64,000 nucleotides of DNA from an uncultured Gammaproteobacteria bacterium (GCA_965231015.1 OZ246408.1:686595-750594), one strand, 5' to 3'; positions 9,884 to 18,901 are shown, counted from the first letter of the stretch. The notes: a model not told the origin generated them from the sequence alone. Program-made: numbers and translations.

Positions 9884-10414
9884 ATGAAACTACGTCGCTC
9901 ACAACACGGCTATACCCTGGTGGAACTTCTGTTGACCATTGCAGTGCTGGCTTTGATTGGAGCGCTTGGTATTAACCTTTTCTTAGCTGTTTTAAATAAC
10001 AGAGCCAAGGTGATCGCCCAAATAGAGGTGCAACAAAACGCACACTTAGCCATGCAGCGCATAGTTTATGAAATCCGTCGCGCCTATGACACTGAGGCCA
10101 CTTCTGACTTTGATACTAATTTGGCTACCAATCCCGGCACTACGCTTGATCTGGACATGCCGGATGCTGGACGCGACCCAACCACCTTTGAAGTGAATTC
10201 CGGAGTCATCCAAATCACACAAGGAGCCGGCTCTACTGTTAACCTGACCTCAAACGACGTTGAGGTGACTGATTTAACAATTGAAGACCGAAGCACCGGG
10301 AACGGACGAAGCAACAACTTACGCGTCAATTTAACCATCAAATCTGTACTGGATGGACCAAACGCGCCTGATGCGGAAACTTTTGTCACCACAGTTGAAC
10401 TTAGGTATCCATAA
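9884..10414 (+). CDS. Prepilin-type pseudopilin
   Basis: MKLRRSQHG|YTLVELLLTIAVLALIGAL, with Glu at +5. Confidence 0.8.
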   Translation: MKLRRSQHGYTLVELLLTIAVLALIGALGINLFLAVLNNRAKVIAQIEVQQNAHLAMQRIVYEIRRAYDTEATSDFDTNLATNPGTTLDLDMPDAGRDPTTFEVNSGVIQITQGAGSTVNLTSNDVEVTDLTIEDRSTGNGRSNNLRVNLTIKSVLDGPNAPDAETFVTTVELRYP

Positions 10415-10416
10415 AT

Positions 10417-10836
10417 ATGCGGCAACTTTTTCAACAACTTAAAGACCAAAAAGGCTTTGTGACCATTACCACAGCTGTTATAATATTCTTTACAACCCTT
10501 ATTTTGGCCCTCTCCATTCAGTTTGCCGGCATTGGAGTGTTACAAACCGGATACTTAAACAATCTTTCTGCCCAAGCCTACTCTTTGGCTGATGGATGCT
10601 TAGAAGAAGCCATGCTCCGCTTAACCACGGATGACACTTATACCGGTGGTACGGTCACAGTCGGTGATGATTATTGCACCATTACCGTCACTGGAGCAGG
10701 TGCAACAAGAAACATTACCTCAATGTCCACGGTCAATGACATTGTCAATCGAGAAATTGAAGCCGATGTCACCATCACTGACATGGGCGGCTGGAACGAC
10801 GTTGTTATGACCGATTGGATGGAAACAATAAATTAA
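10417..10836 (+). CDS. Pilin-like minor subunit (non-canonical, no Glu+5)
   Basis: MRQLFQQLKDQKG|FVTITTAVIIFFTTLILALS has a hydrophobic pilin-like helix after Gly, but Thr at +5. This resembles PilX/GspK-type minor pilins. Confidence 0.55.
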   Translation: MRQLFQQLKDQKGFVTITTAVIIFFTTLILALSIQFAGIGVLQTGYLNNLSAQAYSLADGCLEEAMLRLTTDDTYTGGTVTVGDDYCTITVTGAGATRNITSMSTVNDIVNREIEADVTITDMGGWNDVVMTDWMETIN

Positions 10837-10839
10837 CCT

Positions 10840-13005
10840 ATGGGAAGAATCAACCAAATCGGACTTAGTATTTCTGATGCCTCGATCGAAATGATCCAGG
10901 TGACAAAGTCCGGCAAAAATAAAGCTAAAATTATCAGCACAGCCACCGGTCCGATACCGGCCGGTATTATTAATCGTGGTGTAATAAAGGATCATGAAAA
11001 GTTGATTCAGGTATTAAACAAGGTCTACGAGTCGGCCAAACCCAAACCTTTTAACACTAAGGATGTATCGGTATCTTTGCCTGACAATGTGGCTTTTACG
11101 CATGTTTTTAAGTTCCCGGGTGCCTTAAACGAAAACGATGTTGCATCAACTTTAAAATTTGAAGCCGAAGACATAATCCCTTACCCCATTGATGACCTGT
11201 ACGTCACCTTTAAAATAATCAAACAGAACGAAGAAAAAACCGATGTTTTGTTTGTAGGTGCCCCTAAAGATATTATTGACGGTTACGTTACCACCCTTGA
11301 AGAGGCGGGCTACAAAATAAAACAATTGGAAATTGAAGCCAACGCTTTGATTCGCGTTCTTATTCCGGGTATTGCTAAGGGTAAAGCAGTCATGATTATG
11401 GATCTTGGTGGCACCAACACTCGCTTCACCTTGGCTGATGAAGAAGGTCTGAACGGGTCTTTCAGCCTACCAGTTGGTGGCAATGCTATCACAGAAGCAA
11501 TTGCCAAAGAGCTCAGTATCTCCGGACGTGAAGCAGAAGCGTTAAAGAAAAAGAAGAGCAAAGGAAAGAAGGCAAAAGTAATTGAAAAAGCAATTGATGA
11601 ATACCTGGAGAAAATAGTAGAAAAGGCTGAAAAAGTGATTGAGTGGTATGGTCGAGAGGACGAAGGTCAATTAGATAAAATGGTCCTGACCGGCGGTGGA
11701 AGTGGTCTGCCCGATTTAACTGAAAAGCTGTCTCAAAAACTAACCGCGCGTAAGCTTTCCATGGATATTGTCATGGGCAGCCCTTGGCAGAACATTGAAA
11801 CCAAGACCGCTCCCAAGCCCGCCTCGGTAAGTGGCCGGATATTTGCACCGGCTCTTGGGGCTGTTCCGATTAAATCAAGCAAGCTGGTTCCGGAAATCGA
11901 CTTAATAGACGTCCTCGGCAAAAGAAGAAATCCATTTAAAAATGTTTCTAACGTCCAAAAAACTGTTGATTTAATGGCTAAGCAAGATCCAGGGGCAGAT
12001 AAAGAACCTTTATCTTTACGTCGATTATCCGTTCTCATTAATCAATACAACACTGTCTTTGCCATCATTGCCGCAGCAATAATTGTGGGGGCAATTGGTT
12101 TTATTATCTTCTGGCTCTTTTTTGCTGATCGCGATTTTCAACAATTAACCACACCAACAACAACTACGGAACCGACCATCACTGAAGAAGTTGGTGAAGA
12201 GCAGGATGAGAGTGAAACAGAAGCCACAACTGGTCAGTTAATTCTACAAATGGATATAAACGCCAGAACTAGTGATGTAGTAGCGGCCAACTATCAAGAA
12301 GTGCCTAGTTACGGAACCACTTTCAGCTACCAACTAGAAGCCACAGAAACAGTGGACAGTGTTGCCTCGGGACGAGTTACTTTGTTTAACAACACTTCTG
12401 CAGACCAACCTTTAATAACCACCACGCGTCTACTTTCTGAAGACGGGGTATTATTTCGTTTAACCAATGCGGTCACAGTTCCGGCTGAAGGTCAGATTGA
12501 GGCAGAGGTTTATGCTGACCAAGCAGGGGCTTCAGGCAATATTGCTTCAACCAGTTTTACGATCCCCGGCCTACCTGACTCCCTACAAGCAGACATTTAT
12601 GCCACAAGCTCCGAGGCCATGAGTGGCGGCACCGAAGAAGTAGCTATCTTTTCAGAAGAAGTATATGAACAGGCTCTAGCTGAACTAAAAAGACAATTAC
12701 TTAGTACGCCGAGCAACCTGTTTGGTGCTGAATCAACTGAAAACACCTACCTGGTTGATTTGGCAGAATTGGAGCCGGTGGAGTTAGAAACATCGGTTGA
12801 AATCGGGCAAAGTACGGATGTGGTTGAACTCATAGGAACGGTTAGTATTTCTGCTCTGTCTTTTAGTGAAACCAATCTAAAAGAAGTTATCAAAACGGTT
12901 TTAGAAAAACCGGACGCCCAGGTTGAAATAAACGGTATCTCGGTTGAAAGTGTTGCAGATGACCTGCAAACAGCTGAACTGGATGTGGAGTATTCGACGG
13001 ATTAG
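10840..13005 (+). CDS. pilM: PilM-like actin-fold ATPase fused to a TM segment and a ~290-aa extracytoplasmic acidic domain (PilM-PilN/O-like fusion)
   Basis: The N-terminal ~350 aa has a PilM/FtsA-like fold (MDLGGTNTRFTLADEEG, VLTGGGSGLPDL). A TM helix VFAIIAAAIIVGAIGFIIFWLFF lies around aa 405-428. The C-terminus is T/E-rich. Confidence 0.7.
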   Translation: MGRINQIGLSISDASIEMIQVTKSGKNKAKIISTATGPIPAGIINRGVIKDHEKLIQVLNKVYESAKPKPFNTKDVSVSLPDNVAFTHVFKFPGALNENDVASTLKFEAEDIIPYPIDDLYVTFKIIKQNEEKTDVLFVGAPKDIIDGYVTTLEEAGYKIKQLEIEANALIRVLIPGIAKGKAVMIMDLGGTNTRFTLADEEGLNGSFSLPVGGNAITEAIAKELSISGREAEALKKKKSKGKKAKVIEKAIDEYLEKIVEKAEKVIEWYGREDEGQLDKMVLTGGGSGLPDLTEKLSQKLTARKLSMDIVMGSPWQNIETKTAPKPASVSGRIFAPALGAVPIKSSKLVPEIDLIDVLGKRRNPFKNVSNVQKTVDLMAKQDPGADKEPLSLRRLSVLINQYNTVFAIIAAAIIVGAIGFIIFWLFFADRDFQQLTTPTTTTEPTITEEVGEEQDESETEATTGQLILQMDINARTSDVVAANYQEVPSYGTTFSYQLEATETVDSVASGRVTLFNNTSADQPLITTTRLLSEDGVLFRLTNAVTVPAEGQIEAEVYADQAGASGNIASTSFTIPGLPDSLQADIYATSSEAMSGGTEEVAIFSEEVYEQALAELKRQLLSTPSNLFGAESTENTYLVDLAELEPVELETSVEIGQSTDVVELIGTVSISALSFSETNLKEVIKTVLEKPDAQVEINGISVESVADDLQTAELDVEYSTD

Positions 13006-13034
13006 CTTATCCACAACAATTTTTTAGCTCAAAA

Positions 13035-13043
13035 TGCTATAAT
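13035..13043 (+). promoter_or_regulatory. Extended -10 promoter (TGcTATAAT) of pilin paralog 1
   Basis: A TGnTATAAT match lies 31 nt upstream of the ATG. Confidence 0.5.
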
Positions 13044-13073
13044 TAAGGTAATAAAATAATAAACAGAAACCAT

Positions 13074-13556
13074 ATGATAAATTTCAGGCGAAACAAAGAG
13101 GGTTTTACTTTGGTCGAGCTCCTCATTGTGATCGCAATCATTGTGATCCTGTTCGCTGTCATCTTGGTGGCCGTTGATCCACCAAAGCGACTTGGTCAAG
13201 CTCGAGATGCTGTGCGCCGTCAGGACGTTCGTGATATCCTCGAAGCGGTCCAACAATACATGGTGGACAACGATGGGGCTTACCCAACCGGACTGGACGC
13301 TGTTTCAGCCTCCTTCCAAGTACTTGGTACTGATGCCGCTGGATGTGACAGCACTTGTACAGCTGAAACTGCCCTGGCTGCTTGTTTAGACATGTCCGGT
13401 GACTTAGTTGAGGAATATCTGGCTGATATTCCATTTGATCCATCAAGCGGAGATGCTGGAAACACAGATTATGCTATCAATCGTACGGCTGGTGACCGCA
13501 TTGAAATAGTTGCTTGCGACCCGGAAATTGCAGCCACCATTTCAGTTAAACGATAA
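13074..13556 (+). CDS. Type IV major pilin (paralog 1)
   Basis: MINFRRNKEG|FTLVELLIVIAIIVILFAVILVAV is a canonical prepilin. A Cys-containing variable C-terminal region follows. An extended -10 promoter and a downstream terminator are present. Confidence 0.9.
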   Translation: MINFRRNKEGFTLVELLIVIAIIVILFAVILVAVDPPKRLGQARDAVRRQDVRDILEAVQQYMVDNDGAYPTGLDAVSASFQVLGTDAAGCDSTCTAETALAACLDMSGDLVEEYLADIPFDPSSGDAGNTDYAINRTAGDRIEIVACDPEIAATISVKR

Positions 13557-13571
13557 AACCAATCCGCAATT

Positions 13572-13602
13572 CCCCTTACAAATCCAAAAAGTAAGGGGTT
13601 TT
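13572..13602 (+). terminator. Intrinsic terminator after pilin 1
   Basis: Stem cccctTAC ... GTAagggg followed by TTTT. Confidence 0.7.
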
Positions 13603-13631
13603 GATATCCACAACCAAAATAAGCATAAAAA

Positions 13632-13640
13632 TGGTATAAT
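13632..13640 (+). promoter_or_regulatory. Extended -10 promoter (TGgTATAAT) of pilin paralog 2
   Basis: A TGnTATAAT match lies 32 nt upstream of the ATG, at the same spacing as paralog 1. Confidence 0.5.
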
Positions 13641-13671
13641 TGAGCCAACTTAAACAATTAATAATGTCTTT

Positions 13672-14151
13672 ATGATAAATTTCAGGCGAAACAAAGAGGG
13701 TTTTACTTTGGTTGAGCTCCTCATTGTGATCGCAATCATTGTGATCCTGTTCGCTGTCATCTTGGTGGCCGTTGATCCACCAAAGCGACTTGGTCAAGCT
13801 CGAGATGCTGTGCGCCGTCAGGACGTTCGTGATATCCTCGAAGCGGTCCAACAATACATGGTGGACAACGATGGGGCTTACCCAACCGGACTGGACGATG
13901 TTCAAACCTCATATCAGGTACTCGGAACCGGAGTTGGTTGTGACACCACTTGTGGTGCTGCTACCACCCTACCTGCTTGTTTAGACATGTCCGGTGACTT
14001 GGTTGAGGAATACCTGGCTGATATTCCATTTGACCCATCAACCGGAAGTGCGGCTAACACTGATTATGCCATCGAGCTAACTGCTGGCGACAGAATCGAA
14101 GTTTTAGCTTGTGACCCAGAAATTGCAGCCACAATTTCGGCCAAACGATAA
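13672..14151 (+). CDS. Type IV major pilin (paralog 2, tandem duplicate)
   Basis: The first 227 nt match paralog 1 with 1 mismatch. The middle and C-terminal regions diverge. Confidence 0.9.
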   Translation: MINFRRNKEGFTLVELLIVIAIIVILFAVILVAVDPPKRLGQARDAVRRQDVRDILEAVQQYMVDNDGAYPTGLDDVQTSYQVLGTGVGCDTTCGAATTLPACLDMSGDLVEEYLADIPFDPSTGSAANTDYAIELTAGDRIEVLACDPEIAATISAKR

Positions 14152-14174
14152 AGAAAAGTAAAGTTCTGATTATC

Positions 14175-14203
14175 CCCCACTTTCTCTCGAAAGTGGGGGT
14201 TTT
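14175..14203 (+). terminator. Intrinsic terminator after pilin 2
   Basis: Stem cccccacttt-ctctcg-aaagtggggg followed by TTTT. Confidence 0.8.
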
Positions 14204-14241
14204 GTGGTAAAATAACAAAAGTAAAAACAATAAAAAAACAC

Positions 14242-17064
14242 ATGTCTAAATTCATCTTCTTTCTATTAATTGTCTTTCTGATAGCCCCTTTGGCTCTTAC
14301 AAAGCCTGTCCCGGCTGCTGCGCGGGGTTCGCTTATCAAGGGCAGTTTACCGGCCGTGTATTACTTGGCTTCAGACGGAAAACGCTACGTCTTCCCTAAC
14401 GAAAAAATCTACTTTTCCTGGTATGAAAATTTTTCTGGAGTCAGCGAGATTAATGACAGCACCCTGGCTTCTTATGACCTTGGCGGTAATGTTTCTTACC
14501 GACCCGGCACACATTTAGTAAAGATTCAAAGCAATTCCACGGTTTATGCGGTTGAACCCGGCGGCATGCTTCGCGCCATTGATTCAGAAGAGACAGCCAG
14601 CACCCTTTACGGCTCTGACTGGGCCAGTCGAGTACACGACCTGCCAGACAGCTTTTTTTCTTATTACACGGTGACTAACGAGCTGGACGAAACAGTCTAT
14701 CCTGAAGGTAGTTTATTAAAAGATTCTGTCTCAAGTGAATACTACATCATTTTAAATGGACAAAAACGCCTCTTAAGCGATGACGGGATCACAGCCAACG
14801 GTATTCAGACCAAATACGCTATCACTACTGATACCAGCTCTTACACATCAGGAAGCACCGTTACTACAGAGATTACTGAACTGGCAGACACTGCCCAAAT
14901 TGACCAGGGACTCATCAATCAGGACACCATCATTGAGGTCAGCACGGTTCAAAATGAAACCACCGTATTACAGGACGCCAACAACGAAGTCCTGGCCACT
15001 TACATTTTCTCCCTTACCAAAGAAGTCGAAATCAAATCTCTGGTTTTACGCATTCGCGCTCACTCGAGCACAGATAGCGATGACGATCCGGGTGGATTAA
15101 TTTATGAAGAAGGAGGAGGCAACCTAGAAAATATTCGTTTTGTTACCTCAGACGGAACACAATTATTGTCTTCGCGTAGCTTAAGTTCAGATACCAACAA
15201 AGACGGCCAGCAAGATATTAGCTTTACCGGAACGGCTACTTTACCGGTGGGCCAACACACGGTCAATGTTCTGGTGGACGTTATCGAGGAAGTTCCGGAT
15301 GGTGAAAGCTATTCCACCACTTTATACCTATCTGACACCTCTTTTGAGATATCAGGCAACGAAACAACGGATTACACTCCGGAGAGCCTATCCAGCGGTA
15401 CAGTAACCGTTAAAACGCAAAATTTGGCCGTTTCCGTAGCTTCCAACCTGGAAAACCAGTATTTCCTAAAAGGTGGAAATTCAGACTTTGTAGACTTAAT
15501 CTCTTTCAAATTGGAAAACTCGCGCAAAGAATCCGTGACCGTCTCCGAATTCACCCTAACCGGCTATATTGACGAACACGAAGGTGATACTGACTTTGTG
15601 GCCGGAGCTGATTCGGATAACTCCGGATCCAGCTTTACCTATGTTGATGATGTAATCGATAAGGTTGAACTGATTAATGAGGAAACCGAAGAATTAATCG
15701 GAACCCAGTCCACAGTACAATCAAACGGCGCGGTTTCTTTTGGGAACATTGACCTTACCCTGGAAGCCGAAACCAGCGTTAACCTACTGACTCGGGTTTA
15801 TATTAATTCTGATGCACCTTTCGGCCTACAGTCAGACCGCATTTCTTTTGATATTGATGACGTAGAAGATGATATGACTGTTAAAGTGACCGGTACTAGC
15901 CAAGAAGTTGATATTGAAGCTACCAGCCTAAACAATGGATCCAGTCCCGGCTCATTTTTGACCGTTTCTGAATCAGGAACTCTGACCATAGAGGGGTCCG
16001 GCAGTGCTCCGGCACGTCTTATTATGGGAACCGAGGAAAATTCTATCTATTCTTTTACCTTTACCGCTTCTGAAGAGGAGGCCATGATCATTGATACCTT
16101 GACGGTTCGCTTGCTTGACCCAAACGCCCAAAGAAGTGTGTCTAAGGTTGAACTAAGGCACCTTGGGGATGATGGTTATGAATACGTTGATGGAAACTTT
16201 GTTAACAGCAACGCTACTTTTGAAAACCTGGACATTGAAGTTCCCCAGGACGATGAATTGACTGTCAGTGTTTTAGTAGACATTGGCGATGACAACTCAT
16301 CGGCTCAATCCGGAGACAAAATTGGGGTGGCTTTTGAAACCAATACTTTCAAAGCCCATGGTGCAACATCCGGAATCCGGTTTGATAAAGATGATCTAGG
16401 TGAACACCTGATTGATTCAACCAGCCTCGGCTCAGAAACCTTTGTTCGGCGTAACGAACCAAATGTCAGTCTAGCCGTGAACCAACCAGACGCCTCACAA
16501 GGTCGTTCTGACCAAACAGAAATTTTCACCTTTACCCTTGGCTCAGAAGGAGAGGGTAATCCGGAATTAGAGTTAATTACCTTCAAAATTACCACCTCTG
16601 ACGTTGGTTACGATTTAAACGAAGAAGAGGCCGACAATGACCTCTTGGAAGGGCTAGCTGATATCAACGGTGATAGTTCTGATGACGACGAAACGGTTGA
16701 GATAATTGATGAAGAAAGCGGTGACACAATTTGTGAGGGATCGAGTGGGCACATTGATTTCTCAATTTATGATTATTCCGAGAGTGAAATTGATACTACA
16801 CCGGCCGGGCTTGATACAGATCGAGAAGATTATGGTTTGATAGTTTGTGAGATGAATAATCCGCTTCGTATATATAACGAGGGTCGGGATTACACATTTG
16901 GCTTAAACACCACTGAGCTGGCACCCGGAGCGCAAAATGTCCGTGTTACGATCCTTGGCGGTGATGACTTCCGATGGAACGATGGAACCAATACCAGCCT
17001 AACAGAAAATGGAGACGAGATCAGTGGCCTGAACTTAAACTCCCAATACGCCTCGTTCCAGTAA
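14242..17064 (+). CDS. Large secreted acidic protein (940 aa), function unknown
   Basis: Signal peptide MSKFIFFLLIVFLIAPLALTKPVPAAA. Highly D/E/T/S-rich. It lies directly downstream of the pilin genes. Confidence 0.6.
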   Translation: MSKFIFFLLIVFLIAPLALTKPVPAAARGSLIKGSLPAVYYLASDGKRYVFPNEKIYFSWYENFSGVSEINDSTLASYDLGGNVSYRPGTHLVKIQSNSTVYAVEPGGMLRAIDSEETASTLYGSDWASRVHDLPDSFFSYYTVTNELDETVYPEGSLLKDSVSSEYYIILNGQKRLLSDDGITANGIQTKYAITTDTSSYTSGSTVTTEITELADTAQIDQGLINQDTIIEVSTVQNETTVLQDANNEVLATYIFSLTKEVEIKSLVLRIRAHSSTDSDDDPGGLIYEEGGGNLENIRFVTSDGTQLLSSRSLSSDTNKDGQQDISFTGTATLPVGQHTVNVLVDVIEEVPDGESYSTTLYLSDTSFEISGNETTDYTPESLSSGTVTVKTQNLAVSVASNLENQYFLKGGNSDFVDLISFKLENSRKESVTVSEFTLTGYIDEHEGDTDFVAGADSDNSGSSFTYVDDVIDKVELINEETEELIGTQSTVQSNGAVSFGNIDLTLEAETSVNLLTRVYINSDAPFGLQSDRISFDIDDVEDDMTVKVTGTSQEVDIEATSLNNGSSPGSFLTVSESGTLTIEGSGSAPARLIMGTEENSIYSFTFTASEEEAMIIDTLTVRLLDPNAQRSVSKVELRHLGDDGYEYVDGNFVNSNATFENLDIEVPQDDELTVSVLVDIGDDNSSAQSGDKIGVAFETNTFKAHGATSGIRFDKDDLGEHLIDSTSLGSETFVRRNEPNVSLAVNQPDASQGRSDQTEIFTFTLGSEGEGNPELELITFKITTSDVGYDLNEEEADNDLLEGLADINGDSSDDDETVEIIDEESGDTICEGSSGHIDFSIYDYSESEIDTTPAGLDTDREDYGLIVCEMNNPLRIYNEGRDYTFGLNTTELAPGAQNVRVTILGGDDFRWNDGTNTSLTENGDEISGLNLNSQYASFQ

Positions 17065-17120
17065 AAATTAAGATAGGTAAGGGTACCTCTCGTGGGTGCC
17101 CTTATTTTGTTTATCTACTC

Positions 17121-17290
17121 TGTTTGTCTCCGCCACTTCGAGTACGACGGAGGTCAATGGACATTTTGACCGGCTCGTGACGAGGATTGTTTGAAGCCGA
17201 GCATCCACCAAAAAAAAGACGCAAGGCAAGTCCCGCAGTCAAAGTTAGAAATGTTCATTATTCACCTCAGGCGAACGCAGAAAGAAAGAA
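17121..17290. repeat. Conserved ~170-nt noncoding element, copy A
   Basis: Shares collinear blocks with copy B. It starts just after the terminator of the 940-aa gene. Confidence 0.6.
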
Positions 17291-17302
17291 AAGTGAATTG
17301 TT

Positions 17303-18223
17303 TTATACCTTAAGATAACGCCGCATAGCCATGCTAGAGGCGATAATATTGATCAAAAGTAAACCAAGCACCTGGGCTCCGAAAATTAATAAAAAGTTTT
17401 CATTGAAGTACCCAATGAGGTTTGAGGTAATAGGATCAAAGAAAGCGTCAAACCTGGGCTCCAAAACTCCTAATAACGGATAAAGAAGAATTATGGTTAT
17501 GGCGGTGGCAAGCAAACTAAAGATACCGGCTTCGGCAAAAAACGGAGCGCGGATAAAGAAACTTGAAGCTCCAACCAATCGCATAATAGATATTTCTTCA
17601 CGATGAATAAAGATGGCTACCCGAACCGTGTTAAACACAATCATGACCACAAACAACAAAAAGACTCCGGACAAGGCCAGACCAAACCAACGCACATGAT
17701 CAGTCACTCGGTTGATGCTGCCAATAATAGCCTCATAATCATCGAACTCTTTCTTCTCAATGTAGTCCCGGAACTGTGGATTATCAAGGGACTCTAAAAT
17801 AAAATCAAAGTCCTTTGGTGAACGAGCCGAAACCACCAGTGACGGACCAAACGGATTACCCTCAACTTCTTCCAAAGAACTTAATATGTCCGGATCCTCA
17901 CTGTGACGCTCAACAAAGCGGTTATATGCCTCGTCTGACGTGATCAAAACCGCATCTTGGACTTGAGGCAGGCCATTTAAATATCCCTGTGCGCCCTCTA
18001 CTATTTCCAACGAAGTGTCCGGCTCAAAATAGACTGAGATATCCACTTTTGATTCTACGGCCGCAATAGCAGTCTCGGTCACAACGTTTAAAATCACAAG
18101 CACATTTACGGTCAACAAAGTCAGTACCAACATGCTCACGGTGATAATCGAAAGCCAAAAGTTGCGCCAAAAATTTTGAAACGCAAACTTGATTATGCGA
18201 TATGTAGCGGTTATTAGATTCAC
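17303..18223 (-). CDS. ftsX: Cell division permease FtsX
   Basis: 306 aa. It has a large extracytoplasmic loop between TM1 and TM2, and C-terminal TMs (MRLVGASSFFIRAPFFAEAG). It overlaps ftsE by 4 nt. Confidence 0.85.
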   Translation of the reverse strand: MNLITATYRIIKFAFQNFWRNFWLSIITVSMLVLTLLTVNVLVILNVVTETAIAAVESKVDISVYFEPDTSLEIVEGAQGYLNGLPQVQDAVLITSDEAYNRFVERHSEDPDILSSLEEVEGNPFGPSLVVSARSPKDFDFILESLDNPQFRDYIEKKEFDDYEAIIGSINRVTDHVRWFGLALSGVFLLFVVMIVFNTVRVAIFIHREEISIMRLVGASSFFIRAPFFAEAGIFSLLATAITIILLYPLLGVLEPRFDAFFDPITSNLIGYFNENFLLIFGAQVLGLLLINIIASSMAMRRYLKV

Positions 18224-18900
18224 AAAAGATATTTTCCTTCCTCCTGGTCGGAAACCAGCTCACCGTCCTCCAGGGTTAAAACCCTTTTTTTCAGGGCATT
18301 CACAACTTCACGATTGTGAGTGACAAGCACTACAGTAGTGCCAAATTCATTGATCTTTTTTAACAAATTGATTATCTCATGCGTGTTTACAGTATCTAAA
18401 TTTCCCGTCGGCTCATCCGCAACTAAAATTTTCGGTCTATGAACTAATGCACGCGCCATGACTACACGCTGTTGCTCACCACCGGATAATTGGGTCGGAT
18501 ACCGATGTGCTTTATCTTCTAAACTGACGATCTTGAGCACGTGCGGCACCACCTCGGCAATACGTTTTCCCCGTTCCCCAGCCACCTCAAGCGCAAAAGC
18601 CACATTTTCAAAAACTGTTTTCTTAGGGAGCAATTTGAAATCCTGAAACACAACCCCAATTTGCCGACGCAAAATTGGCACGTCCCCGGGTCGTATACGT
18701 GAAATGTCCCACCCACCAATTATCACTTCACCTTTTGTGGGTCTTTCCTCGGCAAACAACAACTTGGCCAAAGTTGTTTTTCCGGTTCCGCTCTGCCCGA
18801 CAATCGAAACAAATTCACCAGCCTTAATATGCAGGCTGACGTCTTTTAAACCTACGGCGTTAGGCGGATATGTTTTGGAAATATTTTTAAGACGAATCAT
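18220..18900 (-). CDS. ftsE: Cell division ABC ATPase FtsE
   Basis: Walker A GQSGTGKTT, signature LSGGEQQRVVMARAL, Walker B ILVADEPTGNLD. Confidence 0.9.
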   Translation of the reverse strand: MIRLKNISKTYPPNAVGLKDVSLHIKAGEFVSIVGQSGTGKTTLAKLLFAEERPTKGEVIIGGWDISRIRPGDVPILRRQIGVVFQDFKLLPKKTVFENVAFALEVAGERGKRIAEVVPHVLKIVSLEDKAHRYPTQLSGGEQQRVVMARALVHRPKILVADEPTGNLDTVNTHEIINLLKKINEFGTTVVLVTHNREVVNALKKRVLTLEDGELVSDQEEGKYLL

Positions 18901-18901
18901 G

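Noticed and set aside
13029-13905. Minus-strand ORFs 13029-13256 and 13576-13905, both reading MLDRFEDITNVL...
   Set aside because: They are the antisense image of the duplicated pilin 5' block. Their duplication simply reflects the pilin gene duplication.
17131-17290. Short ORFs inside the twin element on either strand
   Set aside because: On the minus strand a good SD-like GAGGTG/GGAGGT plus ATG gives 38 codons in copy A but only 4 codons in copy B. On the plus strand the ORFs after GGAGGTCAATG are 7 and 11 codons and unrelated. No frame is conserved, so the GGAGG motif is better explained as one arm of a conserved pairing.
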